Source of the DNA: Sminthopsis crassicaudata | Taxonomy: Eukaryota | Reading direction: 5' to 3' | NCBI RefSeq assembly: GCF_048593235.1 | Contig: NC_133618.1 | Coordinates: 58,438,478 to 58,502,477, forward strand | DNA length: 64,000 bases | In this document: one piece after another, positions 40,863 to 51,559 of the stretch | How positions within the stretch are numbered: the first letter of the stretch is position 1 | How the letters are laid out: every line of letters begins with the position of its first letter | Translations under genes and position numbers: made by a program | Notes under the pieces: model-generated | The model's input: the letters and a program-made list of their open reading frames with translations, nothing else | Told to the model about the DNA's origin: nothing | The model's database searches: none

Positions 40863-42240
40863 TTCATTTTATTTTTTTATCATAGCTTTTTATTGACAGA
40901 ACATATGCGTGGGTAATTTTTCAACATTTTCTCTTGCGATCACTTCTGTTCCAACTTTTCCCTTCCCTCCCTCCACCCCATCCCTTAGATGGCAGGTAGT
41001 CTTATACATGATGAACATGTTAAAGTGTATCTTAAATACAATATATGTGTACACATTTGTACAGTTCTCTTGTTGCACAAGAAAAATCAGATTCAGAAAG
41101 GTAAAAATAACCTGGGAAGAAAAACAAAAATGCAAACAGTCCACATTCATTTCCCAGTGTTCTTTCTCTGGGTGTAGCTAGTTCTGTCCATCATTGATCA
41201 ACTGGAACTGAATTGGATCTTCTCTTTGTCTCAGATACCCACTTTCCTTATATAGTATTGTGTTGAAGTATATAATGATCTCCTGGTTCTACTCGTTTCA
41301 CTTAGCATCAGTTCATGTAAGTCTCTCTAAGCCTCTGTATTCATCTTTCTGGTCATTTCTTACATAATAATAATATTCCATAACATTCACATACCACAAT
41401 TTACCCAACCATTCTCCAATTGATGGGCATTGATTCCTTTTCCAATTTCTAGTCAATACAAAAAGGGCTACTACAAACATTTTTGCACATGTGGGTCCCG
41501 TTCCCTTCTTTAATTTTTAATCTTTGGGATATAAGCCAAGTAGTTAACACTGCTAGGTCAAAGGGTATGAATAGTTTGATAACTTTTTGAGCATAATACC
41601 AAAGTGTTCTCCAGAATGGTTAGATCTGTTCACAACTCCACCAACAATGCATCAGTGTTCCAGTTTTCCCACATCCCCTTCAACATTTGTCATTATCTTT
41701 TCCTATCATTCTAGCCAATCTGACAGGTGTGTAATGATATCTCAGAGTTGTCTTAATTTGCATTTCTCTGATCAATAGTGATTTGGAACACCCTTTCATA
41801 TGAGTAGAAATAGTTTCAATTTCATCATCTGAAAATTGTCTGTTCATATCCTTTGACCATTTATCAATTGGAGAATGGCTTGATTTCTTATAAATTAGAG
41901 TCAATTCTATATATATTTTGGAAATGAGGCCTTTATCAGAACCTTTAACTGTAAAAATGTTTTCCCAGTTTATTGCTTCCTTTCTAATCTTGTTTGCATT
42001 AATTTTGTTTATACAAAAGCTTTTTAATTTGATATAATCAAAATTTTCTATTTTGTGACCAATAATCTCTAGTTCTTCTTTATTCACAAATTTCTTCCTC
42101 CTCCACAGGTCTGAGAGGTAAACTATCCTATGTTCTTCTAATTTGTTTATAATCTCGTTCTTTATGCCTAAATCATGAATCCATTTTGATCTGATCTTGG
42201 TGTATATGTTAAGTGTGAGTCCATGCCTAGTTTCTGCCAC
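40863..42240 (-). mobile_element. 5'-truncated marsupial L1 (ORF2 C-terminus plus 3'UTR), inactive
   Basis: ORF 41680..42240 translates as L1 ORF2 (SKWIHDL...IREMQIKTTLRYHYTPVRLA) and ends at a TGG>TGA nonsense codon (KC*RGCGKTGTL). T-rich tail at about 40866; TSD CTGTATTGA at 40854 and 42240. Confidence 0.92.
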
Positions 42241-42289
42241 TGTATTGACTAGTTTGTGAATATATGGTCATAGGCTGTTTCTCTAAGGT

Positions 42290-42785
42290 AAAAATATCAT
42301 TCTCTGATTGGGATTCTAAGTCCTTCTCTACCTGACTCCTTGCTACCTCTTCAGACTTCTCATGCCTCACTCCCGGAGACATATTCTCTAACCAGCAGTA
42401 TTAGGCTCCTTACTGTTTCACAAACAAGATCCACCTCTCCTTGGCTCCAGGTATTTTCTCTGATTGTCCCCTATGCCTGAAATGCCCTTTCCCCTCCTCC
42501 ACTCTGCCCACTTGACTTCCTTGAAGTCCCAACCAAAATCCCATCTTCTACAGGAAACCTTTCTCAATACCTCTTAATTCTAGTGCCTTCCCTCTGTTAT
42601 TTCCTATTTATTTCCAGTTTATATACACATATTTGTACATATTTGCCTGCCTGTTGTCTACCTTATTAGACTGTGAGATACTTAAGGACAAGAACTGTCT
42701 TTTGCCTTTCTTGTATTCCCAGTGCTTAGCACATCACCTAGTACATAATAGGCACTTAATATATGTTGATTGATTGAAGTCCAGG
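42290..42785 (+). mobile_element. L2 3' end
   Basis: aagtcccaaccaaaatcccatcttctacagg...agactgtgagatacttaagg...cccagtgcttagcaca...aggcacttaatatatgttgattgattga. Confidence 0.75.
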
Positions 42786-43829
42786 TACTTTTGTAACTTA
42801 TATCCCTGCACAATGGAGGTGCTCAGTAAATGATTCACTGAAGTACAGTTGGAATGAGGTCCCATTTTATCTCTGCCTCTGAGAATCCCTAGCTTCCTTC
42901 AGGGTTGACCTCAGATAATATTTCCTACATTAGCCTTTCCTAATTCCCCAAGTTGTCCATGCTTCCTTCCAAGGGCCCTTTGATATACTGTATGTCTTAT
43001 GTCTTATTTACACTGAGAATGTCCTCCCTTGTTCATTCTTTATAGCCTAACTCTTATCAATATCACAGATATAGCTAGTTCTGGATAAAGCACAAACAAG
43101 AAAAACTAGAAATTGAGCTTTGAGGTCCTGAGAGCAAGACTGTATGTGGATCACTCGCACGTAACAGAGTTTTTTTGCATGCTAGATTTTCAAAAGATAT
43201 GACAAATGTCCTATTGTTTTCTTTAGTTTTTTACTTGAGATGCTTATTTATCTAAGTGTAGTTTTTTTGCCTTAGAGCTATTACCATAAATGTGCTTATC
43301 TTTTAAAAAAAAGTTCATCTAAATAACATTTTAATGAATAGAAAGTTAATAAAGAAATTCTGTAATGTGTTACTTTATGACACAGTCACTCCTATTTATC
43401 TATTTGTAAATTCATGTTTATGTATGCTGGATTTTCTTAAAATGAGGCATAAATTTAAATGGGGAAAAGTTTAGACTTCCTACATATCATGAATTCCACA
43501 AGGCTGAGTACACAATGCTAATCAAGATAGAAACTTCAAACTGGATAATCAACTTCATCAATAAGCTATTAACAGACCATTCTTAACTCTGTATAAAATT
43601 TAACTACATTTTAGATACAAAGTAGTATTTCCTAATATCTACAGATGAAAGATATTTCATTTATCAACACTTTAAGAAATCAGATTGATCTTATAGAAAT
43701 TTAAGATAAAAAAAACAAAATGAGAAAGTGAGCTTGTCACATATCAGTAACACACAATGGCAGCTTGCTGATAGTTCTCATAGAAAAGCAGGCTTTTATC
43801 AGGAAAAAGGAAAGGAAGAAATAGTCCTC

Positions 43830-44050
43830 TAGCAACTATTGTGTGCCAGGCACTGTGCTAAACACTTTACAGTTATTATCTTAACTGATCCTCACAACAA
43901 GCCTGTGAGGCAGGTGTTAGTATTAACCCCATTTGATAGAAGAGAAGATTAAGGTTAAGACATGCAGTGCTTTGCCCAGAGTCACAGGATTACTAAGTAC
44001 CTGAGGCTGGGTTTGAGCTTGGGGCAGCTGCCTTAGAGTCCTACCCACAT
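43830..44050 (-). mobile_element. MIR-type SINE; others at about 16985-17200 and 62050-62165
   Basis: aggcactgtgctaaacactttac...gatcctcacaacaagcctgtgaggcagg...cccatttgatag. Confidence 0.7.
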
Positions 44051-44214
44051 GAAATGAAAGAAGGGAACTCTAGGCACAGCTAGATGGTGTAGTGGATAAA
44101 GCATTGGCCCTGGAGACAGGACCACCTGAATTCAAATATGACCTCAGATGCTCAACACTTACGAGGACCCTGTGTGACTCTGGGCAAGTCATTTAACCCC
44201 AATTGCCTCTAAAA

Positions 44215-44750
44215 GTAAAGAGAAATTTTGGAGGGAAAAGGATCCACATGTGCAAAAACACCGGCTCTTTTTGAATCAGAAAAAGAGTAGATGCCTCTCA
44301 GTTGGGGAATGGTTGAACAAGTTGTGGTATATGAAGGTAATGGAATATTATTGTTCTACAAAAAAAATGATAAAAAAGCTGAATTTAGAAAGGCCTGGAA
44401 AAATTTACATGAACGGATGCTGAATGAAACAAGAAGATCCAGGAATTTTATATAATAACAACAAGAATGTGTGATGAGCAACTATGAAAGACTTGATTCT
44501 TCTCAGTGGTTCAGTGATGCAAGGCAATCCCAATAAAATTTAGGTAGAAAATGCCATCCACATCCAGAAAAAGAACTATGAAAATTGGATATAAATCAAC
44601 ACATGCTATATTCACTTTTTTTTCTTTTTCTATTTTTTTTCTCTTGTGAGTTTTCCCTTTCCTTCTGATTTTTCTCTCCCAACATGATTTGTAAAGAAAC
44701 ATGTATTAAAAAATTAATGTACATGTATAATAAAAAATTCCTAATAAAAA
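44215..44750 (+). mobile_element. Marsupial L1 3' end, preceded by an older CORE-SINE (about 44075-44212)
   Basis: ggggaatggttgaacaagttgtggtatatgaa...aaggcctggaaaaatttacatgaacggatgctg. Confidence 0.8.
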
Positions 44751-44866
44751 AATGGAGAGGGAGGTGGGATGGGAAAAATGAACATCTACTTAAAACCAGC
44801 CAGCACAAATTGAATATGAAATATAAAACACTTCAAAAAAGAGCCAGGGAAGAGCCCTGTACTTAC

Positions 44867-44912
44867 CATTAACAACCCTCTTGCACTGAAGCATCTTAAT
44901 GTCAATCAGCTC
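44867..44912 (-). CDS. DUS2: DUS2 coding exon 2 (ELIDIKMLQCKRVVN)
   Basis: 46 nt, cAG acceptor, GTAAGT donor, phase consistent. Confidence 0.96.
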
Positions 44913-45129
44913 CTGTCAAGAAATGAAAGCATACTAAATTAGTCATTGGTCGGGCAGAGCTCTCCCACTTGGTGGGGGGGGGGGGGGGTTGGTGCTTCCC
45001 AGCATTCTCAGAGCAGCACCTCTGCCTGTGACGGTATTTAAAAATAAGGGACATGACTGCATCAAGACCATGAATCCCCTCCTAAATACCCAGCACCCAT
45101 CAGAGCCCAGCTGATGACACGAGTTGGGA

Positions 45130-45480
45130 CCTAGGTACCACATTTTAGGAATGACATTCCCAGTTTGGGGGCTGGATGACCATACCCTCTGAGGGAACTG
45201 CAGATGTTTATCTTGGAGAAGAGAAGGGGGTGGGCTCCTGGACTGCTTTCAGCCATCTGGAAGGCAGTCATGGGGAGGAAGGATGACCCTGCCTTATCCC
45301 AGAGGGAGGAATGAGAACTGACTACCAAGTGGAAACTATGAGAAAAGGATCTTTTGTTAAAAAAGAAAGGACTTAATAATCTGAGTTATCGGGAAATGGC
45401 ATGGGGCTGTTTGAGGGGAGGGATGGGCAGTAGCTTGAAGGTCATCCTTCTTTTGGAATGTTGTTGCAGACATTCATATT
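45130..45480 (+). mobile_element. CR1/L3 3' fragment; similar remnants at about 17560-18010, 27860-28320 and 56960-57240
   Basis: gatgtttatcttggagaagagaagg...gctttcagccatctggaaggcagtcatggggagga. Confidence 0.5.
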
Positions 45481-45499
45481 TCTCAGGGGATTGACTAAA

Positions 45500-45690
45500 T
45501 CAGGGCTTCTTAAACTTTCTCTACTCATGACCCCTTTTTGCCCAATAAATTTTTTTATGTGACCCTGGGGCTATAATTTTGTAAAATAGGTATACAAATC
45601 AAACATTAACTGATACCATAACTTTGTGACCCTTACATTCAATTACATGAGCCCACATGGTTACAACCCCCAGTTTAAGAGGCTTTGGAC
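45500..45690 (+). mobile_element. hAT-Charlie-type MITE; related partial copy at about 5545-5645
   Basis: Imperfect terminal inverted repeats cagggcttcttaaact / agtttaagaggcttt. Confidence 0.55.
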
Positions 45691-46096
45691 TTGATGACCC
45701 CTGGGGCTTCCTTCTCTTCCAAGAGACATAAAAATGGGATGACCTAATTTAGGGAGAAATCTGGGTGGCCCAAATCCAGGGATCCTGGTATCCAGTTGAG
45801 GTTTCTGATTCAATCAGCAAAGAAGCACACAGTAGCTTTCCCTCTGACCAGCTGACAGGCCTTTTCAGCTACAGCTGATGTTTGTTCATCATCACGCTTT
45901 GTTTTGAAACATGCCATCTTGGCTGCGGCCTGCCTTGTGGTGTGTGGTTTAGTGCATATCTCAGTTTTTTCTTCACCCATTTTTGAGTATAAACAATGCA
46001 CTACCAAAATGAAAAAGAACGCCATATGCTCACAAGAGAATCCTGAGTCAGTCTGAATAAACCCTTCTTCCTTTTTCTCTGGGCACCTAAATCTTT

Positions 46097-46261
46097 ATTT
46101 ATTTGTTTGTTCATCTGCTTATTTCTTTTTTTGAGGCTGGGGTTAAGTGACTTGCCCAGGGTCACACAGTTAGGAAGTGTTAAGTGCTTGAGATCAGATT
46201 GAACTCAGATCGTCCTGACTTCAGGGCTGGGGCTCTATCCACTGGGCCCCCTCGATACCCA
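46097..46261 (-). mobile_element. WSINE1-type SINE with a diverged 5' end
   Basis: TSD CACCTAAATCTTT at 46084-46096 and 46262-46274. Confidence 0.88.
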
Positions 46262-46319
46262 CACCTAAATCTTTCATTCTGGAAAACCCTGCGCCGTCCA
46301 GATTCAAGGTAAGGGAACC

Positions 46320-46710
46320 CAATCAAGAACAGAGTTCAGGCAGCAAAATCAGTTGCATTCACCTTTGATCCTATTGCTTTCCTGCTCCAAAACCTTCTAA
46401 GGCTCCCAACTATTGGGTGAATAAAATGCAGACTCCTCAGCCTAGTAAGCAAGGCCCCCCAAACTTCGGGCTCCTATCTCCTCTCGCAGCCTCATTTCTC
46501 GTTACCTCTGCCACGCCCCGCCTCGGCTCCATCACGCGCTCACCTCACTTAAGCGGGCCTTTTCCTTAGGTTTGATGCGTAATCCCCTCCACACCCGTTA
46601 CAGCCCTGTTCCTATAAGCCCAGAGCTTATCTCCTCCTTCCTCATCCTTTCCCACAGCGCTTTGTCCGGATTCCTCTACCTGCTCACAAAGCCTTCTCGG
46701 TGAGACCCGG
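46320..46710 (+). mobile_element. Degenerate L2 3' region forming the left part of the CpG island
   Basis: aaaaccttctaaggctccc...aataaaatgcagactcctcagcct...aaggcccc...ctcatcctt...aaagccttc resembles the L2a 3' consensus as recalled. Confidence 0.5.
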
Positions 46711-46816
46711 TGCACCCCCACCCCCACACACTGCGGGCCCCTCAGAACCGGACCGGCGCTTCCCCTCACCCCCCTCCGTGGTCACAGACTGTGCGGTGCG
46801 GGAGGTGCCTGAGCAA

Positions 46817-46860
46817 GCTGGGCGGAAGCAGATCTCCGGCTGGGCGGAAGCAGATCTCCG
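46817..46860. repeat. Perfect 22-bp tandem duplication GCTGGGCGGAAGCAGATCTCCG x2
   Basis: Identical units at 46817-46838 and 46839-46860. Confidence 0.95.
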
Positions 46861-47392
46861 ACTGACCACCTACACCTCCCCACGTTCCGACAGCCTGGGA
46901 AAGCTTTCTTTTGAGTAATTTTTACAGATATTGTCTGTTTCTTCCATCGCCGTCACCACTTTTTTTTTTCAGTGGAAGCCGCAGGAGGCCATTAAGCTGA
47001 GTCGGCGGCCTCGGACCGGCACAAAGCCGAACGTGCGGCTGGCCCCGGCTTCGTCCCGGCCGGGCGTGGCCAGGGAGAACCCAGGCGCGGACTGTCCGCC
47101 GTGAGCCGGCAGCCCCTCGGAGTCGGGGGTCCCGGGGAGCACGCCGGCTCACAAGGCGCTTCTCAGCCACGGGGCTTTGGGCTGCTTCTCTCCTCCGGTT
47201 CCTCACCCATATAATGATGAGGAAGAGAAGGAAGGAAAAGGTAAGACACGATCCGCACGAAGCGCTGTTGGGCCAAACCATCCGCCAGACCCTCCCACCG
47301 GCCTCCTGGGGCCAACATCATCTATTTAGGAAACACTTTTCCTGTCCGTACTTTCAATAAGCCCCCGGGTAACAACGAGCCGGTCGGATCAA

Positions 47393-47460
47393 GGAGCCGC
47401 CGTGGAAAGACGCTCGCGCCGGGGTCGGAGATCACGGGTTCGAATCCCGCCTCCTTCCCT
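47393..47460 (+). mobile_element. tRNA-derived SINE head (MIR-like) with a perfect B-box GGTTCGAATCC (47437-47447)
   Basis: gtggaaaga...gggttcgaatccc follows the MIR/CORE-SINE tRNA head; the A-box is degenerate. Confidence 0.55.
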
Positions 47461-47560
47461 AGGCTGGCTGCTTCTGCAGACTTAGGGAGCGAGCCTGCCT
47501 GAGTCACAAAGTTCCATCTGGGCCGGGTTACGCCAGTTCTGGGGAAGGCCGGCCTTGCAC

Positions 47561-47574
47561 CCACCAGGGGGCGG
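47561..47574 (+). promoter_or_regulatory. CTCF consensus site (forward)
   Basis: CCACCAGGGGGCGG matches the CTCF core CCACCAGGGGGCGC. Confidence 0.7.
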
Positions 47575-47706
47575 CACGTCCCTTTCCCTGCCACAGAATG
47601 CAAATCCAGAAGGCAGCCGCGGCCCTAGGCAGCTTTCTTCTCCGAACGAGTAACAGCACTTTCTGCTTCGGCCAAAGTGATTTAGGGGCCTGGCTGTCGC
47701 CCGCAG

Positions 47707-47720
47707 ACGCCCCCTGGTGG
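47707..47720 (-). promoter_or_regulatory. CTCF consensus site (reverse)
   Basis: Reverse complement reads CCACCAGGGGGCGT. Confidence 0.7.
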
Positions 47721-50025
47721 TGAGTCTGAACCAGAGAACAAGTGTACGTTATTTAAATAACTAAAGGCGGAAACCTGGGATAATACCAATAAATGGTCAA
47801 TAGCCAATAAGATAAATAGCTGATAAAAAATGGAATGCCAGCAGCTCCATAATTAAACGGCGCTTTCACAAGCATTTCCTCTTTTGATCCAAACACAACC
47901 TTTCTCTCTCCCTTCTCCCTGTTCCTCCCAACTTTCGTATGGGGTTAATGTCGTTCTGCCCCAAAATCACTGCGTGGATATGCGGATTGCGCTGTTCTTT
48001 GCTCGAAATAAAGTGGGTTTTGTGTGACAGCCCACTTCTCCCAACCCTTCACCACATCGGTAGTTTTCTCACACGCCCCATCGGAAAAATCATCAAGCCT
48101 GCCACTGTCAGGCTGTCTCATTTACTCCCTCTCTCAGGTTCCCGGGCCCTCGTTACTGCCACAGTTACGATGTACCGTGCAGAGATGAAGGCTCTCTCGC
48201 CTCACTTCTGAGTTGGCGCCTCCTTGGGCACACCTGGACGCAGGATTTCTTTATCAGTGATGCTTTCTTTAGTTGACTTACTTGCACTCCTAGTACAAGA
48301 ATGTATCTGAGTCAGCACCAGGTTAGTGCATGGGAAGGAGTGGCAGCAGGGCCTAGTTTGGTCCTGATACACATCATGCCCCTCAGTGCCTCTTCCTGGT
48401 AAGTGGTAAATTGTCCCAGGACCTCAGGGAGGAGGCTCAGGCCTGGAACCTTCTTAGTCCAAGTCCCGAGGGCTCCTAATCTCAGTTTGAGGCAGAGTAA
48501 CACAGCTGTCCGCTCCAAGAGTCCCTCCCCTGCTTTTGGTCCTTATGCTGAGCAGCATTCGAGCTCCCAGCTCTCGGGCCCTCCCGGCTCTCAGGCCAGC
48601 CTTTCCTGGCTGGAGCCCTTCTCTAAGTGCTTGCAAGCTTCTGGCTATCTCCTCGTGGCAACTTGGGCTGGAAAAAATGCCCCCAGATTACATGGTCACC
48701 ACTCAACCTGGTACTCTTTTTACTCATAATTGTCAGAGTAGTCGTATGAAAGTGTTGGGCTATTCTGATCCTATTCACTCTGCCATGCTGAGGTCTCTAG
48801 CCTGTAACTTTAAAAACTTTTTCTATAAGTAAATCCACACATCTTCAACTCCCTAAAAAATGACTGTAAAAAGCATGAAATAAACTGAATTTATATTGGA
48901 CCACAATTTTTTAAATGGAAAAAAAAATCAATTATCATCAGAATTAAGCTTTCAAAAATCTTCTTTGTTACTCCCAATATTAGCAAGGACTCCTCTACAG
49001 CATGGTCCTATTCAACAGGGAGTATCATAGTGTGTTTCCCCTTCATGTCATTTCAGTGGAGTAGCTTTTTTTCTATAATTGTCCAACTTCTTTGATGCTC
49101 AAGGGCAAATGCTTCAAACATTAAGAAAGTGTCAACAGAAACAATAAACTAAGATATTGTTTTTTTATCCTGTGTATTAATACCAAAAAGGCTGGAAATT
49201 AAGAAAACTTTGAAGGACCAACCTGCCGGGAATCAAAACAGAACATTTTTTCCTTAATTCACAAGGCAAAGGAAATCAAAATAGGATGAAATTTTTTTAA
49301 GTTTCAAAGTAAATTTTTTATGTTAATTGATCCATTTAGACTTTCTAGTATTAATACTAGACTAGCTAAATTAATATTGGTTAATACAATCATAATAATA
49401 ACCAAAATCTTCTCATGGGTTCTTATTCTCTAAAATGTAATGTTCTCTGGGAACAGGTTTCTTGGGGAGCTTCTGGGAGCAGCCTTTGTTTCAGTTCAGT
49501 AATCACAAGTGCAGCCAGGGATTATTGTCTCCTTCAAAGTCTTGTCTCCTTTCCTATGGCCCCTGAGGCCTGCTGTAGTCCTGGTTCCGAGAGCTTGAGT
49601 TATAGCTTCTGAATCTCCCAGACTGAATCCTGGTTCCCTAGCTTATATATGCTCTCTTGTGAATCTTGTGGAATTATAGTAAGTACTAAGTACATGGACT
49701 GAACTAGAGAACTGTTAAATATCATGCTAAATAACCATTGTCTCTATCAATTCCACTGACTTAGCACCTTATTTCAAGTTCTGTCTCATAACAGGTTCTG
49801 CAAAGGTGTCAAGCATTTATTTACACAATTTCTTTTTAGTAGAGGGATTTCAGTGGTATAAGAGATTGCTATTGGGGAAAACCCTACTACCAATTCAGAC
49901 AGGCATGAATAGTTTGGAGCAATGAAAAATAATTGATTTTTCCGGGACTATATAGTGAATGTGACAGTTAAGACCAGAATTTAGGCTTTCCTGACTCTTG
50001 AGGATATCTTTCAGTCACTTATGCC

Positions 50026-50270
50026 AGTGTGTGTGTGTGTGTGTGTGTGTGTATACACACACACACAGAAGAACTCCACAATCATCTATACATATGTATA
50101 TACATGTAGTCATACATATGTATATTGCACATATGTATGTGTTCAGATATACTTATTATTATACACACATGTCCAAAAGTGCATGCACACGTGTGTGTGT
50201 ATACACACATACACACATACCAGTACACCCATATTCCACACACATATGTGTACTTAAGTATGTATAAAGG
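50026..50270. repeat. Compound (TG)n/(TA)n/(CA)n microsatellite
   Basis: About 250 bp of mostly alternating purine-pyrimidine sequence. Confidence 0.9.
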
Positions 50271-51142
50271 TCTAGATAAGTTTTCTCTGTCTTTCTCTCT
50301 TATCTTGAAACATGGAGAATTACACTATGGAAAAGAAAGTATTCAGCTTTGCCCTCCTGGTTAACTTGCATAGGAGCAGCTAAAGTTTGGAGCATAAAAT
50401 ACACATTTTTGTGTAAACAAAAGCTGGTAGCAACCTATGTGCTGAATAATCTGGGAATGGTGTTACAAACTGTGCTATATGAATGTAATGGAATATTATT
50501 GTGCCACAAGAAATGAGAAACGTAAAGAAATGTAAAGAAATAAGGTCTTCCTCTTCCCACCCCCGCCTTCCCACTCAGGGACTTCCATTTACATTTTGAT
50601 GAGCCTCACAAAACTTGGCTCCCAAGAGCCACATCTTCATTCTACCTTCTTTATCCAAGGGACTATTTCTTCCCTACCCACAAAAGCTTCTGATAAGAAC
50701 TCTTCTAGTTACCCCTGCCCTTTATTAGGGAAGCTGGTCTTGCCTCCAGTCATCCCCTTCCAAAACCCTTCCCAGGTTCATTCCAACCACAGAGCCTCTC
50801 TCCTTCCTGTGTAAAACGTCCTATAAAACACGATGGAAGAAGCCCCAGCACTGTCCCGATCCTGGCTGGGTCCTCTCTGCTGCCTTAGTCTTCACTGACT
50901 AGCTTTCTCTTCCCCACACCTTAGCAACTGCTTCAAACTTTCCTCTCAGGGCCTCCTCCCTTCCACTGAACCAGCCCCCTCTGCTCCTGAGCTCTAACCC
51001 TAAATGACTTCACCAGCATCCCCACTCCATTGGCCTTTACTTTGTTTTTGAGGTTGTAGTGATCCTTTCCCTTTGAACAAAATGACAATTAATAACCAAT
51101 GATTTGGGGACATCCAGAATTCCCTTCTTTAGAAAAGTCTTT

Positions 51143-51179
<37 letters not shown>

Positions 51180-51559
51180 TGATTTTAAAAGTTTAGTTTC
51201 TGGAAGGACATTGCTGATAATTAACTGGACTAACTTTTTTGTTCAGAACCCACCCAAGTGTTCTGCTCAGGTTTGGGTAAGGATAAATTCTTTTGACTAG
51301 ACTGCCCAAAGCTGGAGCTAACTTAGAAGTAAATGGCTTAATCAAAGCTCACAATAATATTTACTCTTCTCGTTAATTGTTAACCACTTGGAGTTAACTG
51401 CCACCCTAGACAACATTGACTCTTGAAGGGCATAAAACCTATGAGTTCACTGCTTCGATTGCCTTTGGTCTAAGAGGGAAAAGCCAAATGACGCCCTTTT
51501 TATCAAGATGCTGGCATTATTAATAAAATTATTAAATTACCCAGAAATTATGTTACACA

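Larger units (their letters stand above)
46440..47720. promoter_or_regulatory. Intronic CpG island in the first coding intron of DUS2
   Basis: Dense CpG and high GC against AT-rich flanks; ETS-like, CTCF and B-box motifs. Confidence 0.75.

Noticed and set aside
41680-42240. 186-aa ORF as a host gene
   Set aside because: It is an L1 ORF2 remnant, 5'-truncated and followed by a nonsense codon.
46658-46699. 42-nt plus-strand coding exon (RFVRIPLPAHKAFS)
   Set aside because: The splice-like signals are explained by pyrimidine-rich L2-derived sequence, and there is no protein similarity.
47391-47456. tRNA gene
   Set aside because: A T-arm and B-box are present, but the D and anticodon arms do not pair properly and the A-box is degenerate. 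It fits a SINE head.
47657-47679. C(UUCG)G tetraloop hairpin between the CTCF sites
   Set aside because: It is short with an interrupted stem and has no other ncRNA features.
49344-49361. Perfect 18-bp palindrome TCTAGTATTAATACTAGA
   Set aside because: One such palindrome is not unexpected by chance in 64 kb of AT-rich DNA.
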